A DNA stretch of 64,000 bases from an uncultured Gemmatimonadales bacterium (lineage in GTDB: Bacteria > Gemmatimonadota > Gemmatimonadetes > Gemmatimonadales > GWC2-71-9), in contig CAVUAK010000001.1 of the NCBI GenBank assembly GCA_963739455.1, positions 1,696,001 through 1,760,000 on the forward strand. The letters run 5' to 3'. The notes below the pieces were generated by a model. The model searched no databases and was not told the DNA's origin. It saw nothing but the letters and a program-made list of their open reading frames with translations. Position 1 is the first letter of the stretch. Each line of letters begins with the position of its first letter. Shown in pieces: positions 33,271 through 46,154 of the stretch. The translations under genes and the position numbers were made by a program.

Positions 33271-34298
33271 CCTGGCCGCTCGTCGGCATCTTCTTTCTCG
33301 TAGCAGTCGCGGCACTCAAGATCGGGAGCACACTCGTGCTCCCGATCGTCGTGTCCCTCCTCTTCACCTTCCTGCTCGGCCCGCCCGTCCGCTGGCTCAA
33401 GAGGCACCGCATCCCCGAGGCGCTCGGTGCCGGAGTGCTGGTGTTCGGCACCGTGATCGTCATCTGCGGGTCCATGTTTTTCCTGGCCGATCCGGCGTCC
33501 GAGTGGATCGAGCGGGCGCCCAAGACCATGCAACAGGTGGAACGGAAGCTGAAGGGTGTGATCCGGCCACTCGCCAGCATCCAGGCCACCGCCAGCAAGG
33601 TGGAAGAAGTCACCACGCCCACGGGGAAGGGTGACGACACCCAGAAGGTGGAACTCGCCAAGCCGGGGCTGTTGAGCCGTCTGTCCGGCACGACGGCCAG
33701 CTTCCTCGGCGCAGCCCTGACAGTGATTTTTCTCACCTACTTCCTGCTGGCTGCCGGTACCCTCTTCCGGCAGAAGCTCGCGGAAGTGCTTCCCGGCCGC
33801 GCTGAACGCGCGCACGTGGTGGAGGCGCTCGCCGAGATCGAGGTGCAGATGTCCCGCTACCTCGTCCTCACCACGATCATCAACGCGGCTGTCGGCTTGC
33901 TTACCTGGGGCGCGCTGGCGCTGCTCGGGATGCCCAACGCCGCGCTCTGGGGCGCCGTAGCGGGCGTGCTCAACTACATCCCGTACGTGGGCGCGCTTGC
34001 GACCCTGATACTGATTGCGGTGGCGGGGCTGGTCTCTTTCGACGAGCCCAAGACCGCGCTGCTCGCCGCCGGGGCGTTCTTCATCATCAACATGATCGAG
34101 AGCAACCTCGCCACGCCGATGATCCTCGGCCGCCGGCTCCCGCTCAACGCGGTGGCGCTGTTCGTGGGCCTGCTCTTCTGGGGGTGGATCTGGGGCATCA
34201 CCGGTGCGGTGCTGGCCGTGCCGCTCACCGTCATGGTCAAGATCATCTGCGATCATGTGAAGCCGCTCGAACCGGTGGCCCTCTTCCTCGACAGCTAG
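33267..34298 (+). CDS. AI-2E family transporter
   Basis: GMPNAALWG, NYIPYVG, ESNLATP, WGITGAVLAVP. Confidence 0.9.
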   Translation: MTWPLVGIFFLVAVAALKIGSTLVLPIVVSLLFTFLLGPPVRWLKRHRIPEALGAGVLVFGTVIVICGSMFFLADPASEWIERAPKTMQQVERKLKGVIRPLASIQATASKVEEVTTPTGKGDDTQKVELAKPGLLSRLSGTTASFLGAALTVIFLTYFLLAAGTLFRQKLAEVLPGRAERAHVVEALAEIEVQMSRYLVLTTIINAAVGLLTWGALALLGMPNAALWGAVAGVLNYIPYVGALATLILIAVAGLVSFDEPKTALLAAGAFFIINMIESNLATPMILGRRLPLNAVALFVGLLFWGWIWGITGAVLAVPLTVMVKIICDHVKPLEPVALFLDS

Positions 34299-34365
34299 CC
34301 GGACGCCGCTGTATCCTATGGGGAGGCGGGTAACCACGATCGACCCGAGTTCCCTGGAGACAGAC

Positions 34366-34665
34366 ATGGATTCCACTGCGCATGGCTCGGCCATGGCGTT
34401 CGGCCTGGCGGGCCTCACCATCCTCCTGCTCACCCTGGCCCTCATCGGGCTTGCCATCGGGGCGCTCGCGCGCTTCCTGCTGCCCGGCCCCGATCCGATG
34501 AGCCTTCCCTCGACGGCAGGGTTCGGCATTGCCGGCTCGCTCATCGGTGGACTGGCGGGCCACTTCACTGGCCTGGGCATGCTGCCGGGCTATGTGCTGT
34601 CGGTGGGCGGTGCCATGGGACTGATCTGGTTCTTCAAGCGACGGGGCGCAAAGCCGGTCGCCTGA
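34366..34665 (+). CDS. GlsB/YeaQ/YmgE transglycosylase-associated membrane protein
   Basis: GLAIGALARFLLPGPDPM..GIAGSLIGG. Confidence 0.8.
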   Translation: MDSTAHGSAMAFGLAGLTILLLTLALIGLAIGALARFLLPGPDPMSLPSTAGFGIAGSLIGGLAGHFTGLGMLPGYVLSVGGAMGLIWFFKRRGAKPVA

Positions 34666-34670
34666 ATGCG

Positions 34671-34709
34671 AAAACCCCGCCATGCGCACATGGCGGGGTT
34701 CTCGTTTTT
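34671..34709. terminator. Bidirectional intrinsic terminator
   Basis: AACCCCGCCATG-CGCA-CATGGCGGGGTT with A and T flanks between convergent units. Confidence 0.75.
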
Positions 34710-34714
34710 CTCGA

Positions 34715-34789
34715 TCGGGGCGCCCGGATTTGAACCGGGGACCTCCTGCTCCCGAAGCAGGCGCGATAACCGGGCTTCGCTACGCCCCG
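34715..34789 (-). tRNA. tRNA-Pro(CGG)
   Basis: CGGGGCGTAGCG..TTCGGGA..GGTTCAAATCC..CGCCCCGA. Confidence 0.95.
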
Positions 34790-34799
34790 TACTACCTAG

Positions 34800-34873
34800 T
34801 GCGCCCAAGAGGACTTGAACCTCTAACCTTCTGATCCGTAGTCAGATGCTCTATCCAATTGAGCTATGGGCGC
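34800..34873 (-). tRNA. tRNA-Arg(ACG)
   Basis: GCGCCCATAGCTCAATTGGATAGAGC..CTACGGA..TGGGCGCA. Confidence 0.95.
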
Positions 34874-34913
34874 GTCAGCGGACCGGCGTCCGCCCCAACA
34901 CAACTCCTCTACA

Positions 34914-34987
34914 TGGGCGGTACAAGGCTCGAACTTGTGACCTCCACGATGTCAACGTGGCGCTCTAACCAACTGAGCTAACCGCCC
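34914..34987 (-). tRNA. tRNA-Val(GAC)
   Basis: GGGCGGTTAGCTCAGTTGG..TTGACAT..ACCGCCCA. Confidence 0.95.
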
Positions 34988-34992
34988 TACAG

Positions 34993-35032
34993 GCGGCAAG
35001 GCGGCAGGCATGCCGCCCTGCCGCCTTGCCGC
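34993..35032. repeat. 16-bp perfect inverted repeat built of GGCGGCAR octamers in a tRNA spacer
   Basis: GCGGCAAGGCGGCAGG-N8-CCTGCCGCCTTGCCGC. Confidence 0.8.
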
Positions 35033-35040
35033 ATTCGAAA

Positions 35041-35114
35041 TAGCGGGGGTGGGATTTGAACCCACGACCTCCGGGTTATGAGCCCGGCGAGCTACCAGAC
35101 TGCTCCACCCCGCG
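35041..35114 (-). tRNA. Initiator tRNA-fMet(CAT)
   Basis: CTCATAA loop, three G-C pairs in anticodon stem, unpaired C1. Confidence 0.93.
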
Positions 35115-35149
35115 ACGCTGCCCGATGTTCCGGGCGATATTCCCTGGAG

Positions 35150-35222
35150 AGCGGGAAACGGGACTCGAACCCGCGACCCCAACCTTGGCAAGGTTGTGCT
35201 CTACCAACTGAGCTATTCCCGC
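35150..35222 (-). tRNA. tRNA-Gly(GCC)
   Basis: GCGGGAATAGCTCAGTTGGTAGAGC..TTGCCAA..TTCCCGCT. Confidence 0.95.
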
Positions 35223-35235
35223 TTGACGGAAGCGG

Positions 35236-35265
35236 ATTGTAGCGCGCGACCTGCGCCGTCCGCAA
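35236..35265 (-). promoter_or_regulatory. sigma70 promoter for tRNA-Gly operon
   Basis: TTGCGG-N18-TACAAT. Confidence 0.55.
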
Positions 35266-35314
35266 CCGTTTTTTCCAGCTTCGCCGCGACGCTGCTAACG
35301 CCCGGCGAACCGAG

Positions 35315-35387
35315 TGGAGGCGAGGGGGATCGAACCCCTGACCTCGTGAATGCCATTCACGCGCTCTCCCAACTGAGCTACGCCCCC
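35315..35387 (-). tRNA. tRNA-Ala(GGC)
   Basis: GGC anticodon, G3:U70 identity pair. Confidence 0.95.
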
Positions 35388-35432
35388 TATATATTGGGCG
35401 GCCCCGGAACCGAGGGACCGAAGCAGCACGGG

Positions 35433-35461
35433 AACCTATGAGCGGGCTCTAGGGGTGTCAA
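35433..35461 (-). promoter_or_regulatory. sigma70 promoter for tRNA-Ala
   Basis: TTGACA-N17-TAGGTT. Confidence 0.65.
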
Positions 35462-35521
35462 GCGACAGTACAATGCGCGCGTACAGGGTGCCGCGCCGTT
35501 TTGGACAGCAATCGGAGCGTC

Positions 35522-36638
35522 ATGCCGAGTAGCGGGAAGAAAGACGAACAGCCGGCGAAGCCGGCGAAGAAGGCGGTCAAGCGCGCGCGCGGCGGACCCG
35601 CCAAGGCGCCGGCCGGGAAGAAGGCACGCGCCGGTCGCGCGGCATCCGATCCGGTCGTCGAGGCGCCGAAGAAGGTCGAGCCGGTGTGGGATCCGCATCA
35701 GCCGCTCCCAGCGCACCTCACGTACCGCCCAGATCCTCGCGGCCACGCCACCCACCAAGCCGCGTCGCACTCGCAAGCGGGAGACGTCCAAGTCGCTCGG
35801 TGTCTACGACGCCGACAAGGACATCCTCGACCAGTACCTGTACGAAGTGAGCATGACGCCGCTGCTCACGCCGCAGCAGGAAATCGCCATCGCGAAGCGG
35901 GTGCGCGGCGGCGACCCCGAGGCCATGCAGGAACTGGTGAAGCGCAACCTCCGGTTCGTCATTTCCGTGGCCAAGAAATACCAGAACCGCGGCCTGCCCC
36001 TCACCGACCTCATCGGCGAGGGCAACGTCGGGCTGCTCACCGCCGCCCGGAAGTTCGACCCCGACCAGGGCGTGAAGTTCATTTCCTACGCCGTCTGGTG
36101 GATCCGCCAGGCCATCCTCGCCTCGCTCGCGCGCCAGGGCCGCACCGTCCGCGTGCCGCTCAACCGCACCGCCGATCTCTCCCGCATCGTGCGCACCGCC
36201 GAGACGCTGCGCCAGGAACTGCGGCGCGAGCCTACGCCGGAGGAAATTGCGAACTCCACCGGGCTCTCCCTCGATGTGGTGCAGTCGCTCGCCGCGCTCA
36301 ACACCGCCGAGGTGCGGCTCGACGCCCCGCTCGATCCCGAGGGCGACCGGTCCCTGATGGACCGGTTCGTCGCCGAAGACGGCAACTCGACCGAGGACCA
36401 GGCGATGGACGCCTTCCTCTCCGAGGAAATCGAGTCGGCGCTCCGCACCCTGCCGCCCCGCGATGCCAAGGTCCTGCGCCTCTATTTCGGCCTCGATGAC
36501 GGCCGCGAGCACACCCTCGAGGAAATCGGCGGCATGCTCGGCGTCACGCGCGAGCGGGTCCGCCAGCTCCGCGATCGCGCCCTCAAGCGCCTGCGCGAGG
36601 GCGACGTCGGCCGCGCGCTCGCGAGCTTCGCGGCGTAA
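35522..36638 (+). CDS. RpoD/RpoS-family sigma70 factor with Lys/Ala-rich N-terminus (frameshift near 35730)
   Basis: DILDQYLYEV, NLRFVISVAKKY, KFISYAVWWIRQAI, TLEEIG..TRERVRQ. Confidence 0.9.
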
Positions 36639-36658
36639 ATAGCTGTACCTTAGTGGCC

Positions 36659-37420
36659 ATGCTTCGGGCCGCTGAGACTCGCCCTCCTCTCCTGGTTGGA
36701 TTCTTCGATGAGGTGGGCCGGATCACGCTCCGGGTGTCCCGCGCGTTGCGCGACGTGCGGACATGGCGCCCGGTGCTGCTGGACCAGATGGTGGTGCTCG
36801 GCGTGAACTCCGTGCCGATCGCCATCTTTCTCGCCGTCTTCACCGGCATCGTCCTCGCCCTTCTCGCGTCCTACATCTTCACCAACACCGTTCCGCTGTA
36901 CCTGGTCGGTTCCCTGGTGGGGAAGACGATCATGATGGAACTGGCGCCGGTGCTCACCGGCATGGCGCTCGCCGGCCGCGTCGGCGCCAGCATCGCGGCG
37001 GAACTCGGCACCATGCGGGTCACCGAGCAGGTGGACGCGCTCGAGACCCTCTCCTACGATCCGATCGCCTATCTCGCCGTGCCGCGCGTCCTCGCCGCCA
37101 CCCTCATGTTCCCGGTGGTCACCGCCCTCGCCATGCTGGTGGGCGTGTTCTCCGGCTGGATCGCGTCCACCTTCATCCTCGAGCTGCCGGCGCAGGAGTT
37201 CGTGCGCGGCCTGCGCCAGTTCTACCAGTTCAAGGACATCTGGTACGGACTGGTGAAGGCCGCCAGCTTCGGCACCGCGGTGGCGCTCATGGGATGCATG
37301 CAGGGCTTCGCGAGCAGTGGCGGCGCCGCCGGCGTCGGTGCCGCGGCCACCCGCGCCGTCGTCTTCGGCTGCATGGCCATCCTGGTGCTGGACGCCTTCT
37401 GGGCCGTGGTGCTGCTGTGA
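36659..37420 (+). CDS. mlaE: MlaE family ABC permease
   Basis: ELAPVLTG..AGRVGASIAAELGTMRVTEQVDAL, VGAAATRAVV. Confidence 0.88.
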   Translation: MLRAAETRPPLLVGFFDEVGRITLRVSRALRDVRTWRPVLLDQMVVLGVNSVPIAIFLAVFTGIVLALLASYIFTNTVPLYLVGSLVGKTIMMELAPVLTGMALAGRVGASIAAELGTMRVTEQVDALETLSYDPIAYLAVPRVLAATLMFPVVTALAMLVGVFSGWIASTFILELPAQEFVRGLRQFYQFKDIWYGLVKAASFGTAVALMGCMQGFASSGGAAGVGAAATRAVVFGCMAILVLDAFWAVVLL

Positions 37421-38201
37421 GTTTCAGCTGGTCACGTCCTCACGTCTCACGCCGTGGCGCCGTGATCGTCTCCGCGATGTCTACAAGTCGTTCGGCACCA
37501 AGGAAGTCCTTCGCGGCTTCTCGCTCGACGTTCCCGAGGGGAAGAACACCGTCCTCCTCGGATTCTCGGGCAGTGGAAAGAGCGTCACCCTGAAGCTGAT
37601 CGCCGGCTTGCTCGCCCCCGACTCCGGTGAAGTACTGGTCGATGGCAAGAGCGTTCCCGACCTCGATCCCGACGGACTCACGCTGCTTCGTCGCGATATC
37701 GCGTTCGTCTTCCAGTTCGCGGCGCTCTTCGACTCGATGACGGTGGAGGAGAACATCCGGCTCGGCCTGCGGAAGCAGGGCATGGACGACGCCAACCAGC
37801 GGATCCGGGTCAGGGAAAGCCTGGCCCTGGTCAACCTGGAGGGCGCCGAGGGACGGTACCCGGCCGAGTTGTCGGGCGGCATGCGGAAGCGGGTCGGGAT
37901 CGCGCGCGCAGTGGCGCTGAAGCCGCGCTACATTCTGTATGATGAACCCACCACTGGACTCGATCCGGTGACGTCGGCGGTCATCGACGACCTGATGGTG
38001 CGCACGCGCGATCTCGGTGCAACCGGCCTGATCGTGACGCATGACTTGCGCACCGCCTTCAAGTGTGGAGATCGCATCGCGATGTTGTACGAGGGCCGCC
38101 TGCGCGCGGTCGGCACCGGCGACGAACTGCGCCGGAGTGACGATCCGGTGGTTACCGACTTCATCGAGGGCCGGCCCGCCGTGACCGAGGGGGTGACGTG
38201 A
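37417..38201 (+). CDS. mlaF: MlaF-like ABC ATP-binding protein (frameshift near 37468)
   Basis: GFSGSGKS, FQFAALFDS, LSGGMRKR, YDEPTTGLDP. Confidence 0.85.
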
Positions 38202-39185
38202 AGCGTCGGCGTGAATTCGTCGTCGGGGTGACGGTCGTCGCGGCGATCATCGCGGTGGCGGCAGGCGCCCTCTGGCTCTCCCAGACGAGCCTGAACCGCG
38301 ACCAGGTGGTGCGGAGCGCGCGCTTCCGCGAGGTCGGCGGACTCAAGCCCGGCGCGCCGGTGACGCTTGCGCGGCGTGAAGGTCGGTCGCGTCACGGCGA
38401 TCCGCCTCGCCGCCGATGAATGGGTGCAGGTGGACATGCAGTTCGAGCGCACCGCCGACCTGCCGCCCGATCCCGCGGTCGTTGCGGCCTCGTCCAGCCT
38501 CTTCGGCGAGTGGCGCGCCAATATCCTCGGCCTCGCCGAGCAGCAGGACGATCCCGAGCTGAGCGCGGCCCTCGAGCAGGCGCGCGCACCCGGTGGTGAG
38601 GCCTGGCCCGGTGCCACGCTGCCGGACATCGGCGAGCTGACCCAGCAGGCCAGCCGCATCGCCGGCGACGTCGCCAACGTCACCAAGCGGCTCGAGGGCG
38701 TGCTCGACAGCAATGCGGTGAAGGAACTCAAGGCGAGCATCCAGGATCTCTCCCAGATTTCGCGACGGCTGTCCGGCTTTGCCCGGGCGCAGACGCAGCG
38801 CCTCGACACCGTGGGCAACAACATCTCGCTGGGATCGAGCGCCTTCGTGCGCACCGTCACCCGGCTCGACTCGGCCACCTCCGGGAGCTATGTGCCCGAG
38901 GTGGCGGGCAACACCCGCGCGGCCATGGCCGACCTCCGCCAGGCGGCCGCCGACCTGCGTCAGGTCACCGACGCCGCAGCGCAGAACAAGGTGAGCATGG
39001 TCCAGGCGCTGCAGTCCGCCGATTCCATCCTGAGGCGGATCGAACGGGGGCAGGGAACGCTTGGCATGCTGGCGAGTGACACGATGCTGTACCGGGAAGC
39101 GACGCTCACCTTCCAGGAAGCCCGGGCCTTGATCGCCGATATCCGGAACAATCCGAAGAAGTACCTGAAGGTGAGTGTGTTCTAG
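38198..39185 (+). CDS. mlaD: MlaD/MCE family protein (frameshift near 38367)
   Basis: TM helix, GGLKPGAPV..GVKVGRV, GQGTLG, DIRNNPKKY. Confidence 0.8.
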
Positions 39186-39186
39186 G

Positions 39187-39678
39187 ATGGTCAAGCGCCC
39201 GGTCGACCTCGAAGTGAGCGCAGGCGGCATCGTCTTTCGGCGGGAGCCCGATGGCGTCGCGCATTTCCTGCTCATCAAGGACTCGTATCACAACTGGGGG
39301 TTCCCGAAGGGGCACCTCGAGGACGGCGAGACGCCGGCCCAGGCGGCGCTGCGCGAGACCCAGGAAGAGACCGGGCTCGAGCACCTCAACCTGCACGGGC
39401 CCATTCGCCTCATCGACTGGCACTTCCGGTTTCGTGGCCGGCGCATCCACAAGTACTGCCATTTCTTCCTGCTCGAGTCGCCCGATGGCGACGCGGCACC
39501 GCAGACCGACGAGGGCATCACCGCGGTGCGCTGGTGCACCCTCGATGAAGCGCTCGACGCGCTGAGCTATGACAACGCGCGTGGCGTCCTCAAGCGCGCG
39601 GGCGAGATGGCCCGGACGCTCGTGGCGGTGGGCGCCGGCCGTCCCCGCCGGGAACCAGATCCCTCCGTAACCAGCTAG
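39187..39678 (+). CDS. NUDIX hydrolase (Ap4A hydrolase-like)
   Basis: SAGGIV, WGFPKGHLEDGETPAQAALRETQEETG. Confidence 0.9.
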   Translation: MVKRPVDLEVSAGGIVFRREPDGVAHFLLIKDSYHNWGFPKGHLEDGETPAQAALRETQEETGLEHLNLHGPIRLIDWHFRFRGRRIHKYCHFFLLESPDGDAAPQTDEGITAVRWCTLDEALDALSYDNARGVLKRAGEMARTLVAVGAGRPRREPDPSVTS

Positions 39679-39688
39679 CCCGCTCCAG

Positions 39689-40457
39689 GTGTCTGTCATC
39701 GCCGTGCTGGCCCCGGGGCCGGGGAGCGCGGTGCTCCGTCGCTCGATGCCACGAGCCGGTGTGCGGCTGGCGCGCTGCCGCGGCGCCGAGGCACTCTGGC
39801 GTCTCGCGACCAGCCGTCTCCTCGATGCCGTCATCCTTTCGCCCCTCGGCGCCGGCTTCGCCGTCCTGCGGGACGTGCGGGAGCACCTGCCGGCGCTGCC
39901 GGTCGTGGCCTGGGCGCCCGTTCCGGGCCGACGATGGGGAGGCGCTCGCCGCATGCAGGGAGGGCGGCGTCGCCGCGCTGGTCGTCGAGGGGGTCGACGA
40001 TGCCGTGGCCGGTGAGCTCGTGAGCCGGGCCACGCTGGCGGCCCAGCGTCGTCGCCTGCTCGCCGATGGACCGCGGGTGCTGCGCCTCACCGAACCGCTG
40101 CAGCTGCGAGCCTGGGACCTGGTCATCCGCGATGTCGAGGCTCCGCTTCGAACCGAGCAGATCGCCAGTCGCCTTCGCGTGAGCCGCGAACATCTCTCTC
40201 GTCAGTTCGGCGCCGGCGGGGCTCCCAACCTCAAGCGCGTCATCGATCTGGCCCGTGTCGCCTGTGCCGCCCAATTGCTCCAGAACCCCCGCACACCGCC
40301 TCCCGTCACCGCGGAGATCCTTCGCTACGCCTCCGCGAGCCACCTGGCGGCCACCGTCCGCCGCATCGCCAATGTGGGGGTTGGGGAACTGGCGGAACTC
40401 GGCCCGCACGGGGTACTGTCGGCTTTCGTGCGAGGCCGGACGCGAAGCCGGGAGTAG
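39689..40457 (+). CDS. AraC-type HTH regulator with receiver-like N-terminus (frameshift near 39920)
   Basis: IASRLRVSREHLSRQF, AEILRYASASHL. Confidence 0.7.
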
Positions 40458-40458
40458 T

Positions 40459-40518
40459 GAGGGCGGGATGGCGGGAAGTGAATACGCGGCATCCCCGTCC
40501 TCCCCGCCCTCCCCGCCG
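40459..40518. repeat. Inverted nonamer arrays (GAGGGCGGG-type / TCCCCGCCC-type)
   Basis: gagggcgggatggcggga ... tccccgtcctccccgccctccccgccg followed by T-run. Confidence 0.6.
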
Positions 40519-40526
40519 TTTTTCCC

Positions 40527-40555
40527 TTGCCCGACCCCCGCCTTGTGCCTATTTT
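40527..40555 (+). promoter_or_regulatory. Candidate atpA promoter
   Basis: TTGCCC-N17-TATTTT. Confidence 0.45.
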
Positions 40556-40606
40556 CACAAGCTATTCCCGAACCGTTTCCTAACCGCCTTTTCCAGTGCG
40601 AATCTC

Positions 40607-42177
<1,571 letters not shown>

Positions 42178-42181
42178 CCGG

Positions 42182-43072
42182 ATGGCCTCGGCAAATCGCG
42201 CGCTGCTCCGGCGAATCCGCTCGGTCCAGAACACGCGCAAGATCACCGAAGACCATGGAGCTCGTCTCGGCGTCCAAGCTGAGGCGGGCCACCGAGCGCG
42301 TCGCCGCGGCCCGGCCCTACGCCGAGGCGCTGGGCGAGGTGCTGGGTGACCTGCCTGACGGCCGAGCTGGTGCAGCGGTTTCCGCTGCTGCGCACGCCCG
42401 CATCGCACCGTCGAAGGGCGGCCCCGGCGCGGGCCGCCGTGCTGCTGGTGACGTCGAATCGCGGCCTTGCGGCGCATTCAATTCGAACCTGATCAAGGAA
42501 GGCGCGCCGGCGCATCGCCGCCCTCGAGGCTGAGGGCTACACGGTGGATGTGCTACGCGATCGGCAAGAAGGGCGTCAGCTTCTTCCGCTTCATGGGCCG
42601 GAAGATGTCGCTCGAGCGCGTCGACATCGGCGACAAGCCGACGGCCGCACACGCCGCAGAGCTGGCCCAGCCGCTCATCGACGCCTTCGTGGCGGGCACG
42701 CTCGGCCGGGTCGAGTTCGTCCACACCAGGTACAACAGCCCGCTCTCGACGCCGCCCACCACGACGCAGGTGCTGCCGGTCGTGGCGCCAATGGCCGAGG
42801 GCAGGCGCCAGCGCGACTACCTGCTGGCACCGAGCGCCGAGGCGATCCTCGAGGAGCTGCTGCCACTGTACGTCCGCAATGCCATCTATCGCGGGCTGGT
42901 GGAGACGGCCGCGGGTGAGCACGGCGCGCGCCGCACGGCCATGAAGAGCGCCACCGACAACGCGCAGGAACTGCTGGGCACGCTCAAGCGGTCGTACAAC
43001 CGCCAGCGCCAGGCCGGTATCACGCAGGAACTTTCGGAAATCGTCGGCGGAGCGGCGGCGCTTGAGGGCTGA
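42182..43072 (+). CDS. atpG: F1 ATP synthase gamma subunit (frameshifts)
   Basis: [12 protein letters not shown], TSNRGLx[29 protein letters not shown]. Confidence 0.95.
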
Positions 43073-43076
43073 GGCT

Positions 43077-43108
43077 TCACGTCCTCACGTCCTCACGTCC
43101 TCACGTCC
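43077..43108. repeat. (TCACGTCC)4 octamer tandem repeat
   Basis: Four exact copies in atpG-atpD spacer. Confidence 0.9.
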
Positions 43109-43145
43109 GAAGCACTGAACGAAGATCACCAAGGGAACAGGTTAC

Positions 43146-44576
<1,431 letters not shown>

Positions 44577-44577
<1 letters not shown>

Positions 44578-44846
44578 TGCGAGTCACGATCATCTCTCCC
44601 GAAGCCAGCATGTTCGACGGTGAGGCGGAGGCCGTCACGGCCCCCGCCTTCGACGGACAGGTTGGTATTCTGCCGCGGCACGCCCCTTTCATGACATTGC
44701 TCGGAGAGGGCCGTCTGGTCGTACGCCAGGCTGGCTCCGCCCGGGCATTCCGCGTGAAAGGCGGCTTTCTGCAGGTGGTCGATGACCGCGTGCGGATAGT
44801 TGCAGAACAGGTTCAGGGAGACGACAATGCTGCGAATTCGCCATAA
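44577..44846 (+). CDS. atpC: F1 ATP synthase epsilon subunit, short form
   Basis: IISPE, GQVGILPRHAP, VKGGFLQV; position after atpD. Confidence 0.88.
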
Positions 44847-45453
44847 AGCATTCGCTGTCCTGCTTGCCCTCGTCGCCGGGGGTTCCGGGGTGCTCTCCGC
44901 GCAGGAGACGGGCACCCCGGTCTTCAAGGCACCCTATCGTGCCTTCGAGAATTGGGAGCTGGGTACGTCGCTCTCCGACCCGAAGGGAGCATCGTACGCC
45001 CTCGAGGGCTTCTACAGCTTCGGCAGCGGGCTCAACGATTTCGGTATTCGCGGCGGCTATGTGGATCAGGGGCCCCAGGGAGCGGTGGCGATTGGCGCCG
45101 ACTTCCGTCGCCGCGTCATTCGTGCGTCCGACAAGTTTCCGCTCGATGGCGCCCTCACCGCCGGTTTCGGCACCCAGCTCGCCTCCGGGGCGTATGACCG
45201 GTTCTTCGTCCCGATCGGCATTTCGCTCGGCCGGCGCATCGACCTCGAGAACTCGAAGACCAGCTTCGTCCCATATTTCCAGCCGGTGATCGTGCCGACC
45301 TTCTACTCGGGCGACAATGCCCCGGATGGCGGGGTCGACTTCGCGCTCGGCCTCGGTGTGGACATCAAGTTCGGCGGCCACTTCGACCTCCGGGTTTCCG
45401 GCGGTATCGGTGACATTGACGGTGTGGCGATCAGCCTGGCGTTCGTGCACTGA
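44827..45453 (+). CDS. Outer-membrane beta-barrel-like hypothetical protein
   Basis: Signal peptide (LSA-Q), amphipathic strands, DFALGLGVDIKF. Confidence 0.7.
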   Translation: MLRIRHKAFAVLLALVAGGSGVLSAQETGTPVFKAPYRAFENWELGTSLSDPKGASYALEGFYSFGSGLNDFGIRGGYVDQGPQGAVAIGADFRRRVIRASDKFPLDGALTAGFGTQLASGAYDRFFVPIGISLGRRIDLENSKTSFVPYFQPVIVPTFYSGDNAPDGGVDFALGLGVDIKFGGHFDLRVSGGIGDIDGVAISLAFVH

Positions 45454-45473
45454 CGCCCGGCAATTCGCAGTGC

Positions 45474-45516
45474 AACAGGGGCCCGGCCGCATCAGGCAGC
45501 CGGGCCCTTGTCGTTG
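45474..45516 (+). terminator. Hairpin after the atp-OMP unit
   Basis: AGGGGCCCGGC..GCCGGGCCCTT stem. Confidence 0.55.
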
Positions 45517-45545
45517 GTACGCGACGCGGACTAGCTTGCCCCGCC

Positions 45546-46154
45546 ATGCGCCGCCGGGTGGTGCCGATCATCGCCGCCATGCTGCTCGCGGGAGCCGCCC
45601 CGGAGGCGCAGTCGCAGGTGCGTGGGTTCCCGGTCTATGCCGCGCAGGTGCCCCGCGGAGTAACCCTCGCAGGCGATGTTGCGTTCCCGAACGATGATTT
45701 CTGCCCTGGGGCGTGTGCGGGTGCGGGTGCCTCGTTCGGCTTCGGGCGGGTAGGGCTCTCGGCAATGGTGGCCACTTCGGGTTTCGGGGGCCTGGTCACC
45801 GTAAGCCTGATCCCGCCGGGCCACGGACCGTTCGGCCTGGTGCTGCAGGGCGGCGCATCGGGCACCGCGTCGAGCGGTGCCTTTCAGGCGCCGTTCGGGG
45901 CCGGGTTTTCGGTGTGGATCCCGACGCCGGTGGTGTCGGTCCAGCCGTGGATCGGGGTGCGAGGGCAGTACATGCACCCCGGCAATGGCTGGGAGGGGGA
46001 CGGCGCGGTGCACGTCGGTTTCAGCGCCGGCCTCATCCTCACCCTCCTCAACGGCCTCGGGGTTCGCGCTGCGTACGACCGGATCTTCCTGACCGGCGGC
46101 AATCTTTCGACGTTCGGCGTTGGCGTCTTCTATTCCTTCGATCCTGGCCTCTGA
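45546..46154 (+). CDS. Outer-membrane beta-barrel-like hypothetical protein
   Basis: Signal peptide, Gly/aromatic alternating strands, TFGVGVFYSF. Confidence 0.65.
   Translation: MRRRVVPIIAAMLLAGAAPEAQSQVRGFPVYAAQVPRGVTLAGDVAFPNDDFCPGACAGAGASFGFGRVGLSAMVATSGFGGLVTVSLIPPGHGPFGLVLQGGASGTASSGAFQAPFGAGFSVWIPTPVVSVQPWIGVRGQYMHPGNGWEGDGAVHVGFSAGLILTLLNGLGVRAAYDRIFLTGGNLSTFGVGVFYSFDPGL

Noticed and set aside
43077..43108. Tandem repeats as a CRISPR array
   Set aside because: 8-bp units with no spacers and no cas genes.
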